Positions 20,984 through 29,973 of a DNA stretch of 62,087 bases are shown here, piece after piece. The stretch is from an uncultured Methanospirillum sp. (GTDB lineage: Archaea; Halobacteriota; Methanomicrobia; Methanomicrobiales; Methanospirillaceae), in assembly GCA_964637135.1 (NCBI GenBank), contig CAZWTX010000005.1, positions 62,001 through 124,087 on the forward strand, given 5' to 3'. The notes beneath the pieces were generated by a model, which made no database searches, was not told the DNA's origin, and was given only the letters and a program-made list of their open reading frames with translations. The position numbers and the translations under genes were made by a program. Every line of letters starts with the position of its first letter. The first letter of the stretch is position 1.

Positions 20984-21838
20984 ATGCAGTCAGTTACCGC
21001 TTTTTGTCCCGGACATATATCAGGATACTTCAGGACCTGTCCGGATCCCAATCCCCGCAATGCCGGAAGTATCGGTGGAGGGATCGTGATCGATGCCGGT
21101 GTGACACTTACCATCGCCCCGGCCCCGGAAACATCGATCAGGATTTTTCTCACCCGGCCTGACGGGACCGGTTCCCTGGTGGCCAGGGTATCTCCTGCAC
21201 TCTTCCTCCTCCTTGAGAGACTCGGCGTCACTGCACAGGTATCCTCATCATCACCCCTCCCCCCCGGATGCGGGTATGGGCTTTCTGCAGCCGCACTCCT
21301 TGCAGCGGCTCATGCAGCAAACCGGCTCTTCTCCCTTGGGCTATCAGATGCCGAATGCACTATGCATGCCCATATCTGTGATGTTCTGAACCGGTCAGGG
21401 CTTGGCGACGTATCAGCTTCACAGGGAGGCGGATGGGTCGTGCGCACGTCTCCCGGTCCAAAGGGGATCATCAGGCGAAGAGATGATAGAAGGAAGATCC
21501 ATGCGATATCCTTCAGCCCCATCCCTACCAGAGAGATTCTTGATGCTGGTGACCTGATCCAGAACATCGCACAGGCATATCCCGAGCAGGAACCGGAGAC
21601 ACTTGACGAGTTCTTCAGGTATGCACGGAATTTTACCGATCAGAGCGGGCTTGCTACCGAGCGGATAAGAAAAGTCCTAACCGCATGTGAAGATAATGAT
21701 ATTCCGGCAAGCATGACCATGCTGGGGGAAGGCGTTTTCACGCTCGGAGAAGAAGGGGCAGATATCCTGAAATCGTTCGGGGAGGTATTCTCATTCTCCA
21801 TCTCCCGCCATGGCCCGGAAATCATCGAGGAGACATGA
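20984..21838 (+). CDS. Pantoate kinase (GHMP family)
   Basis: AFCPGHISGYF, GSIGGG, PPGCGYGLSAA, SGLGDV, SMTMLGEGVF; between coaBC and PPS; start at 20984. Confidence 0.9.
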   Translation: MQSVTAFCPGHISGYFRTCPDPNPRNAGSIGGGIVIDAGVTLTIAPAPETSIRIFLTRPDGTGSLVARVSPALFLLLERLGVTAQVSSSSPLPPGCGYGLSAAALLAAAHAANRLFSLGLSDAECTMHAHICDVLNRSGLGDVSASQGGGWVVRTSPGPKGIIRRRDDRRKIHAISFSPIPTREILDAGDLIQNIAQAYPEQEPETLDEFFRYARNFTDQSGLATERIRKVLTACEDNDIPASMTMLGEGVFTLGEEGADILKSFGEVFSFSISRHGPEIIEET

Positions 21839-22566
21839 TCCCGGAGAGTCATCCCAGGTACCGCTCCCTGCTCACCAGAGAGCGGATGGCCGGATTTGCA
21901 CAGGAAGGAATTGTTGCCATGGAAGGGCTCACGGCCCACGGAAGGGGCGAGGCATTTGATTACCTGCTCGGGGAAGTCACCACGCCATCTGCACGTGAGG
22001 CTGAGATGATAGCGGCAGCCATGCTGCTGAGTGCCGCTCACCCGGTCATTTCGGTGAACGGAAACACGGCAGCCCTTGCAGCGACAGAGATCGCCGATCT
22101 CCAGGACGCGAGCGGGGCCCGGGTCGAGGTGAATCTCTTCCATCGGACTGATATCAGGGTCAGGCAGATCGAGACCCTCCTCTCTGATACCGGGGTGAAA
22201 CTGGTAACCGGTCCGGTTGATCGGTTCATTCCGCTCGACCATGACCGCGGACTCTGCCACAAAGACGGGATCGCTGGTGCCGATGTGGTGCTGGTTCCGC
22301 TTGAGGATGGTGACCGGGCCGAGGCGCTTATAAATATGGGAAAACACGTCATTGCCATCGACCTCAATCCGCTTTCCCGGACGGCACGAACAGCTACGCT
22401 TCCGGTTATTGACGAGGTCACCAGGGCTATCCCGGTTATAGCCGGTTATTGCAGAACGCTTTCACGGGAGCAGGCTATAAATCTCACCCGGACTATAGAC
22501 GGGAGAAAATTCCTGCAGGATGCCTGTACAATCATCAGGGAGAGACTCGATAATGTTCTGGATTGA
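21835..22566 (+). CDS. Phosphopantothenate synthetase (4-phosphopantoate--beta-alanine ligase)
   Basis: IPESHPRYRSL, AHGRGEAFDYLLGE, ISVNGN, VPLEDGDR, IDLNPLSRT. Confidence 0.93.
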   Translation: MIPESHPRYRSLLTRERMAGFAQEGIVAMEGLTAHGRGEAFDYLLGEVTTPSAREAEMIAAAMLLSAAHPVISVNGNTAALAATEIADLQDASGARVEVNLFHRTDIRVRQIETLLSDTGVKLVTGPVDRFIPLDHDRGLCHKDGIAGADVVLVPLEDGDRAEALINMGKHVIAIDLNPLSRTARTATLPVIDEVTRAIPVIAGYCRTLSREQAINLTRTIDGRKFLQDACTIIRERLDNVLD

Positions 22567-23548
22567 AAAATACCGACCACGGCAGCCTGAGGACATCCTC
22601 GGGCAGGAGGAGGTATGCCGGGTGCTCATGCAGTGCGCCCATCAGAAGAACCTCCCTCACCTCCTTGTCTCCGGCGTTCACGGGACCGGGAAGTCATCGG
22701 CGGTTGAAGTGATGCTCCGGACCATGTACGGAGAATCCTGGCAGGATAATACAACCATCTTTCACACAGCCGACCTGATGGACCGGGGCAGGACATACCT
22801 TGAGAACGAGGAGCATTTCATGCACCTATACCACCCTGAGCTCTCGTTCCTGGCAAACCTGAAACACATCATCTCTTCGTATGCCGCAATAAAACCGATA
22901 AACGCAGATTTCAAGATCCTTCTCTTCGAGGATGCCTACGCGCTCTCCCACGATATCCAGCACTCCCTCCGTCGCACTATGGAGCGGTTCAGTACTACCT
23001 GCCGGTTCATCTTCGTCTCGACGCACACATCATCGATCATTCCCCCCATCTCTTCACGCTGTCTTCCGCTCTTCTTCACCCCGCTCCCCCGGGAGATCAT
23101 CAGAACCCGGCTGAAAGAGATCCTCATCGCGGAACAGGTTCAGGATGCCCTGGATGACGAGGAACTCGGGCTCATCGTTGCTGCCTCATCAGGTGATCTC
23201 AGGAAAGCAATCATGTATCTCCAGATCAGGGTGAGTACCAAAAAGCCGTTCGATCCGGATACCCTGAACGAGAGTGAAACACGAATCATCGGCACCGCGG
23301 CATTCAGGGCGATGCAGGCAAAGGATGTACGTACTGCACAAACCCGGCTGGAAACGCTCATGATAGAATACGGTCTTTCCGGACAGGAAGTAATGATGCA
23401 GCTTCGGGATGCAGCCCACCGTGAATTCAACCATCCACGAATCCTCTCCTGTATCGCGGATACCGACCATATCCTGACCCATGCCGGGAATGAGTACATC
23501 CAGGTGAATGCACTTGCTGCACGAATCGTCTCCGAGGTGTTTCTCTGA
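22553..23548 (+). CDS. Second, divergent replication factor C small subunit
   Basis: WIEKYRP, GVHGTGKS, QHSLRRTME, ISSRC, GDLRKAI; Walker B altered to FEDAY; start at 22553. Confidence 0.9.
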   Translation: MFWIEKYRPRQPEDILGQEEVCRVLMQCAHQKNLPHLLVSGVHGTGKSSAVEVMLRTMYGESWQDNTTIFHTADLMDRGRTYLENEEHFMHLYHPELSFLANLKHIISSYAAIKPINADFKILLFEDAYALSHDIQHSLRRTMERFSTTCRFIFVSTHTSSIIPPISSRCLPLFFTPLPREIIRTRLKEILIAEQVQDALDDEELGLIVAASSGDLRKAIMYLQIRVSTKKPFDPDTLNESETRIIGTAAFRAMQAKDVRTAQTRLETLMIEYGLSGQEVMMQLRDAAHREFNHPRILSCIADTDHILTHAGNEYIQVNALAARIVSEVFL

Positions 23549-24282
23549 CCCGGAAACTGGAAAATGAGAACAAGGTAATCTCACATTACGACGATATTGC
23601 CGATGTATATGACCAGCGGTACGATCACCGGGACCGGGGAAAGATCTATTATGATCACATCTCCCAAGCAGTTCTTTCAAACCTGAATCACTCAGGAAAA
23701 CTCCTGGATATCGGGTGTGGAACCGGGCTCTTCTTTGAAAAGTACCTCAGGGGTGGCGGTGAGGCAACCGGGATAGATATCAGCCCGGGCATGATCAGGA
23801 AAGCACGAATCAAGCATCCGATGAACAAGAATCTGCTCGTCGGAAACGCGGAATATCTGCCGTTCAAAACAGATTCATTTGATGCCATATCAAGCCTGCT
23901 CGCCTTCTCGTACCTTCAGCAGCCAGAACAGATGCTTCGTGACTGTATCAGGGTTCTTGTTCCCGGGGGCAGGATCGCTCTGTGTACCCTTGGAAAAAAC
24001 GTATTTACATCAGGGCTCCCGGTCATTTACCGGCTGGGAGAGAAGATGCGAATCCGCCGGGTGGGGATTGGAAGTTTTGTGGAGCATTATTACTCGGCTG
24101 ACGAGATGTATCTCCTCATGCAGAAGGCCGGTTACACGGATATCGAGATTTTCCGATGTTCATTTGCCCATTTTACCATGAGCGGGCCCCTTTACTGTAT
24201 GGCAAAAAAAGTTGAGCCATTTATCGAGGAAAAGATACCATACCTCGCATACAACCTGATCGCGAGCGGAAAAAAACCATAA
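23545..24282 (+). CDS. Class I SAM-dependent methyltransferase, probable CTG start
   Basis: Frame open from 23494; motif LLDIGCGTG lies upstream of the track ATG (23791); GAGGTG SD at 23534-23539 precedes CTG at 23545. Confidence 0.8.
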   Translation: MTRKLENENKVISHYDDIADVYDQRYDHRDRGKIYYDHISQAVLSNLNHSGKLLDIGCGTGLFFEKYLRGGGEATGIDISPGMIRKARIKHPMNKNLLVGNAEYLPFKTDSFDAISSLLAFSYLQQPEQMLRDCIRVLVPGGRIALCTLGKNVFTSGLPVIYRLGEKMRIRRVGIGSFVEHYYSADEMYLLMQKAGYTDIEIFRCSFAHFTMSGPLYCMAKKVEPFIEEKIPYLAYNLIASGKKP

Positions 24283-24287
24283 CACGG

Positions 24288-25769
24288 CTATCTTCTTCCC
24301 CCTTTGGTAAGGGAACCAAGGATCCCGCGAACGAGTTCCCTGCTGACCGATCGCCCGATCTGAATGGCAACGTCGGCTGCAAGATCGCCGGCGACTGCTG
24401 CAGGCTGGCGGGTCTTTCTCTTTGACACCGGAGCTTCTCTCGTCGTCCCTGCCGGGACACGCTTCTCAGGTTTCTTCTCAGGTATCTCCTCAGGTTTCAT
24501 GCTCTTTAAGGCTTCATACGCAGAATGACGATCCATTCGTTCACGATACCTTGAATACCGGGTCATGTTCCCGATGATCGCCTGGATATCACCGGATTCA
24601 AGCGGGGCAAGGTTGCTTTTCGGCGGGTACACGAATGCCCGTTCCACGGGAGAAGGAACACCGTTCTGGTCAAGGAGGGACATGAGAACTTCCCCAATTC
24701 CAAGTTCAATCAGGGCTTTTTTTGTATCGAGACCCGGATTTTCCCTGAACGATTTGGCTGCCGCCTGAACGGCTTTCTGTTCGGCAGGAGTCGTTGCACG
24801 GAGTGCATGAAGGAACCGGTTGCCAAGTTGCCCGAGAACATCATCAGGAATATCAGACGGGTTCTGGGTCACGAAAAAAACCCCGATTCCTTTCGATCTG
24901 ATTAGGCGGATGATCTGGATGATCTTCTCCTTCAGGACAGCCTGGGACTTGTCAAAGAGAAGATGGGCTTCATCAAAGAAGAAAACCATCACCGGCTTGT
25001 CACGGTCTCCTACTTCCGGGAGATTCTCATAGAGTTCAGAGAGCAGCCAGAGAAGAAACGTGGAGTACAAACGGGGTGACTGAAAGAGCCGCGATGCCGA
25101 GAGGATATGGACCATCCCAGATCCCGCTTCTTCAGCGAATAGATCTCCGATCTCAAGTTCAGGTTCTCCAAAGAGATCGTCGCCGCCCTGCTCTTCCAGA
25201 TCAAGCAGGGATCTCTGTATCGTTGCCAGGGAATTCCTGCTCATCATCCCGTATTCTCCCTTGAATTCATCGGTATGATCAGCGACGTACGTGATCATTG
25301 CCCTGAGATCCTTGATATCAATGAGAAGCAGTTTCTGATCATCGGCAATCCTGAAAACAGCAGAGAGATTTCCAGCCTGGGTATCGTTCAGATTGAGGAT
25401 CCTGCTGAGGAGAAGCGGTCCGAGCGACGAGATCGTTGCCCGCATGGGAATACCGGATACACCAAAGATATCCCAGAATGCAACCGGGAGACCGGCATAT
25501 GAAAAAGAATCAAGATGCAGTTCCTCCACCCGTTTCTCAATCCTCGGATTATTTCCTCCGGGCCGGGCAATGCCACTCAGGTCACCCTTGATGTCTGCAA
25601 GAAATACAGGAATCCCTGCAGAACTGAAACCCTCGGTAAGAACCCTGAGTGTTACCGTTTTTCCGGTCCCGGTGGAACCGGCAATGAGACCGTGCCGGTT
25701 ACACATGGAGGGAATGAGGGCAAGATCAATCTTACCACGGGCTACCGGGATAGGAGGTATTGATGTCAT
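24288..25769 (-). CDS. HerA-like DUF853 (YjgR family) ATPase
   Basis: NRHGLIAGSTGTGKT, DIKGDLSG, FFDEAHLLF, RSKGIG, TQNP, QLGNR. Confidence 0.92.
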   Translation of the reverse strand: MTSIPPIPVARGKIDLALIPSMCNRHGLIAGSTGTGKTVTLRVLTEGFSSAGIPVFLADIKGDLSGIARPGGNNPRIEKRVEELHLDSFSYAGLPVAFWDIFGVSGIPMRATISSLGPLLLSRILNLNDTQAGNLSAVFRIADDQKLLLIDIKDLRAMITYVADHTDEFKGEYGMMSRNSLATIQRSLLDLEEQGGDDLFGEPELEIGDLFAEEAGSGMVHILSASRLFQSPRLYSTFLLWLLSELYENLPEVGDRDKPVMVFFFDEAHLLFDKSQAVLKEKIIQIIRLIRSKGIGVFFVTQNPSDIPDDVLGQLGNRFLHALRATTPAEQKAVQAAAKSFRENPGLDTKKALIELGIGEVLMSLLDQNGVPSPVERAFVYPPKSNLAPLESGDIQAIIGNMTRYSRYRERMDRHSAYEALKSMKPEEIPEKKPEKRVPAGTTREAPVSKRKTRQPAAVAGDLAADVAIQIGRSVSRELVRGILGSLTKGGRR

Positions 25770-25818
25770 GATTATTACCTCCTTCAGGGGGGAGAGATGA
25801 TAAATCTGACCGGGGTAT

Positions 25819-27138
25819 TTACCGGGACAATCGATGGATCATCCGTTCTTTCTTCTCCATGGCAGCTTTCGCTGCCCGGTCAACTGCTCTCTTCATCCCT
25901 TCAAAATCGGGCACCTGTTTCTCGACGAGTTTCTTTAAGGGGGTATATGCGGCCTCACGGAACTTTGGCTGGAAATCAGTCTCAACGCCGTTCCTCATGA
26001 GGACCGGCTCAGGAGCTCCTTTCTCAACCCTTCCGATAACCGCTGATTTTACTCCGGTATGCGATATAAGAGACATAACCGGGCCTGCTGCTGCTTCAGG
26101 GATGACAATCAGGAGGGCATCCAGCGAGACACCGAGCGGATCGATCTCCAGTTCATCAAGCATCGTTCCTACTGACGGGTTTACCAGCCCGAGTACTGCT
26201 TCTTCCTCGACAACGAACCGTGCCCTGGCCGTCTCGGCCATCTCGTGGATATCACCCCTGAGCCCCCCGTTCGTGACATCGGTCATGGCATGTACCGAGG
26301 TCAGAACCGGATCATTCACCAGGGCATCTGCCGATCTCAGGAAAGAGAGATTTATCGTCTGATCAACGACTCCGGTGTACCCGTAATACAGGGCGGTGGT
26401 TGCGATGGTACCTCCTCCAGCCCCCTCGGTCATAATAAGGAGGTCACCCGGTGCAGCCGAACGCCGGGCGGTGATGTGGTCTCCGACTCCGACGGCACCG
26501 ACACAACCAGTCATCCGCTCACCGATCACCATGTCTCCTCCGATCCGGAGAGTTGACCCGGCCACCAGGGGTACCTCCATTATCTCTGAAATGGTAGTCA
26601 CCCCGGCAGTGTAATCGAAAATCTTTGCAACATCCCCGTCATCTGCAACATGGATATCTGAAAAGAGCATGACCGGCCGTGCCCCCATCACATAACAGTC
26701 ACGCAGGGTTGCCCTGGTAACATGAAACCCGGCGAGATAGGGAAAATCAGAGAGACGTGAATGCATCCCGTCGACGGTGCAGATGATATAATTCCCTCCT
26801 GCCTTAACGACTCCGGCATCATCCATCTGGTCGACACCGACATCGGCACCAGTGGAGCCGATGATCTCGGCAATCTTCCGGTGAGCGTAAAAATCACCGG
26901 TACCCCGTGATCCGACACCGAACTCACCCATAGAAACTCCTGCAGGGCTGAACGTGAAGAGATCACCGGAGAGATTGCTTGTATTTCTGACCTCCTCAAG
27001 GACGGCACGGGCAAATGTCTCGGCATACGGGATCGAGACATCCTTTATATCCTGTATCCGGAGGGCTAACTCATGAATTATTTCATCTTCCGGCTTGTTC
27101 CGGGAGATGCTACGCCGGACATAGCCTTCCACATCCAT
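25819..27138 (-). CDS. AIR synthase-related (PurM/HypE-like) protein
   Basis: GVGSRGTGDF, DDAGVV, VDGMHSRLS, AMTDVTNGGLRGD. Confidence 0.85.
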   Translation of the reverse strand: MDVEGYVRRSISRNKPEDEIIHELALRIQDIKDVSIPYAETFARAVLEEVRNTSNLSGDLFTFSPAGVSMGEFGVGSRGTGDFYAHRKIAEIIGSTGADVGVDQMDDAGVVKAGGNYIICTVDGMHSRLSDFPYLAGFHVTRATLRDCYVMGARPVMLFSDIHVADDGDVAKIFDYTAGVTTISEIMEVPLVAGSTLRIGGDMVIGERMTGCVGAVGVGDHITARRSAAPGDLLIMTEGAGGGTIATTALYYGYTGVVDQTINLSFLRSADALVNDPVLTSVHAMTDVTNGGLRGDIHEMAETARARFVVEEEAVLGLVNPSVGTMLDELEIDPLGVSLDALLIVIPEAAAGPVMSLISHTGVKSAVIGRVEKGAPEPVLMRNGVETDFQPKFREAAYTPLKKLVEKQVPDFEGMKRAVDRAAKAAMEKKERMIHRLSR

Positions 27139-27278
27139 GGCAACAGCGTTCGTCGGACACCCATAAAATCAAACCGTATCTCCCGGGGGGGTGCACCAGT
27201 CAGGCTTCTTGGAAGGTTTCATAGAGACTGGATATAAATAACTGTTCATATAAAAAGAAAGAAGGTTTCGGGGGGAGA

Positions 27279-29912
27279 ATGGAGCGAAGAGAATACCGGT
27301 TTTGCCTGCTGATCTTTTTTGTCTCCTGTCTGCTCTGCGTGGCCGGGGTATCAGATAAGATCACGGCTGAAATACCGGAAGATATCCCGGACACGACGCA
27401 GATCGAAGATAAAATATCGACAGATCTCCTTCAGTTGCTCGATCCTGCGTACTGTTCGCCGGGTGCATCTCCCGGCACCGCCTTTGAGGAGATGGAGGTG
27501 TTCGGACAGACGCGGATAACACCGGCAGGTGAGAGAGAGGCTCACGTTTCGGTCATGATCTCAAATACCACCGCATTACCGGCGATCAGACCGCTTCTTT
27601 CCGGGTATTCGGAAGACCTCGCCACCGGCATGATCCACGGATGGACACCCCTGTTTAATCTCAGGATCCTGGCCGGCATGGATGCCGTCAGTTCTGTTGA
27701 GAGTATTCTCCCCCCGGTAACATCGGGATCGATTATTCCTCTGGAGGAGAAGGAGAGTTCACCTCCCGAACCCTCCGGCTCTGAAACATGGAAACAGAAG
27801 ATTTCAACCGATCTTCTTCAGCTCGTCGATGAAACCACGCTCTCCCCCGGACAGGACCGTGAGGATATCAGGACCCTTCTGACCACGACCGGAGAGATGA
27901 AGACCGAAAACGGGACTGAGTATGTTCTCGTTTCGGCACGAACCACCAGAAATACGTCAACAGCACTGAACTCTTTTTTTCAATTTTCCGTTACCGATAC
28001 GGCGTACCAGCGGATGGCGGGATGGATACCGGTTGAAAATCTAACGAAGATCGCCATGGAACCGGCTCTGGTATCCCTGATGATCCAGTTACCACCGCAT
28101 GTTTCCGCCATCAGTACGGAAGGGGAACTTCTCATGAATACCGCCCCGTTCAGGACCATTAACGGGATGAATGGACAGGGCATAAGAATAGGTGTCATCT
28201 CTGACGGTGTTGCTTCTCTGGAAAAGATGAAAGCCGCCGGAGAAGTGCCCGAAGATCTCACCGTACTCAGCAACACCATCGGAGGCAATGAAGGAACCGC
28301 CATGCTTCAGATCATCCACGATATTGCACCGGAAGCCTCCCTCTACTTTCATGACCGCGGTGCAAGCCAGATAGAGTATATCCATGCCATCGATGCCCTG
28401 ATCAGATCCGGTTGCCGGATCATCTGTGATGATATCACCTATGTTGAACCGTTCTTTGAAGACGGATATGTGGCGGAGAATATCAGGGACCGGATACTCT
28501 CCTACGGGATCGTGTACATCACGTCTGCGGGTAATTTCGCCGGCGAACATTACCAGGGAGCATTCTCAGGGATACAGAAGGACGGGTATCTCTGGCATAA
28601 TTTCAGGGGTTCCGGCAATGAGACCGATCTTGTGTTCACTGCTCCTGCCGGGTGCGCCGGACATGTTATCCTCCAGTGGGACGATCCCCAGGGCAAATCA
28701 GCGAATAATTATGATCTTTTCCTGTATGATTCATCGGGCCATGAGATTGGCAGAAGTGTGAACATGCAGGACGGGGATGATGATCCGATGGAATGGGTCA
28801 GATTTATGAACATGGGTTCAGAATCAGCCGGTTATCGGGTCGGAGTGGTGAGTGTGGCAGCTGAAAACAGAACCATGGAGGTATATGTTCTTCCAATCGG
28901 GGGGAAATCGGTTACAGTTGAACCGAACATCCCCGAAGATTCGGTATTCGGGCAACAGGCCGTTCCCGAGTGTATCAGTGTTGCAGCGGTTGCGGCAGGA
29001 TCAGATCCCATATCTGCAGAACCATTCTCGTCACGCGGACCGGTGACCATCCGGTTTCCCGCCGAAGAACAACGGCAGAAACCGGACATTGCTGCCCCTG
29101 ACCGGGTCACCATAGCCCTTGACGGAAACAGGACGGCCATCTTTTCAGGCACCAGTGCCTCAGCACCCCATATCGGGGGACTTGCAGCCCTCATATGGGG
29201 TGCTGAACCCAACCTTACCCCCTCTGAGCTGAAAACCCTCCTCCTCTCTTCAGGGACCGGAACCAACAGTACCTGGGACAACGCCCTTGGATACGGGATA
29301 CCTGATGCCATGAGCATTAATATTAGTGGTATCCTGACGAGCGGATCTATCGCGGCGTCAGTATCAGATTCCCTCATTCCGGATTATACACCGAGAGAAC
29401 AGGATTCGCCAGAAACCCTCATCCTTTACCCGGGATGGAACATGATGGCCGTTCCCTCTCCCCTGAAAAGCGGACATGACACCGGATCCATCTTCTCCCC
29501 GGTCGACACGGACGGGCACACGATATGGCGGTACCATGCGGAAGAGAGACGGTGGGCTTCTCTCCAGCCAGGAGATCTGCTCTTCCAGATGGATGTAATC
29601 TGGGTGTATGCCCGGGAAAAAAGTGAAATCACGCTCACCTATGAGGACGGGTTTCAGAACTGTACATCGCGATCCCTCTATCCCGGGTGGAACCCGCTCG
29701 GCATTCCCGGCAAAAACCCGGTGACTGCCCGCTCTCTCATGTCACCGCTCGGAACGGCGTGGACATACATCCTTGTCTTCGATCCATTGACCCAGTCATA
29801 CCGTCCATCCATCATCAATGGTGGAAACGGCATCTTCTCTCCTGAACGGATAATATATCCAACAGAAGGATTCTGGGTATATATGAACAATCCGGCAGTC
29901 CTGATGGAATGA
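27279..29912 (+). CDS. Secreted subtilase-superfamily peptidase, S53-like (Glu in place of catalytic His)
   Basis: Signal peptide, GVISDG, NEGTAMLQIIHDIAP, SAGN, KPDIAAPD, FSGTSASAPH; C-terminal GWN domain. Confidence 0.88.
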   Translation: MERREYRFCLLIFFVSCLLCVAGVSDKITAEIPEDIPDTTQIEDKISTDLLQLLDPAYCSPGASPGTAFEEMEVFGQTRITPAGEREAHVSVMISNTTALPAIRPLLSGYSEDLATGMIHGWTPLFNLRILAGMDAVSSVESILPPVTSGSIIPLEEKESSPPEPSGSETWKQKISTDLLQLVDETTLSPGQDREDIRTLLTTTGEMKTENGTEYVLVSARTTRNTSTALNSFFQFSVTDTAYQRMAGWIPVENLTKIAMEPALVSLMIQLPPHVSAISTEGELLMNTAPFRTINGMNGQGIRIGVISDGVASLEKMKAAGEVPEDLTVLSNTIGGNEGTAMLQIIHDIAPEASLYFHDRGASQIEYIHAIDALIRSGCRIICDDITYVEPFFEDGYVAENIRDRILSYGIVYITSAGNFAGEHYQGAFSGIQKDGYLWHNFRGSGNETDLVFTAPAGCAGHVILQWDDPQGKSANNYDLFLYDSSGHEIGRSVNMQDGDDDPMEWVRFMNMGSESAGYRVGVVSVAAENRTMEVYVLPIGGKSVTVEPNIPEDSVFGQQAVPECISVAAVAAGSDPISAEPFSSRGPVTIRFPAEEQRQKPDIAAPDRVTIALDGNRTAIFSGTSASAPHIGGLAALIWGAEPNLTPSELKTLLLSSGTGTNSTWDNALGYGIPDAMSINISGILTSGSIAASVSDSLIPDYTPREQDSPETLILYPGWNMMAVPSPLKSGHDTGSIFSPVDTDGHTIWRYHAEERRWASLQPGDLLFQMDVIWVYAREKSEITLTYEDGFQNCTSRSLYPGWNPLGIPGKNPVTARSLMSPLGTAWTYILVFDPLTQSYRPSIINGGNGIFSPERIIYPTEGFWVYMNNPAVLME

Positions 29913-29973
29913 CCGGGATCAAACGGCAGATTATTTAGGTTGTCAAGCGGATAGAAGAGTACTTGGTCGATAT

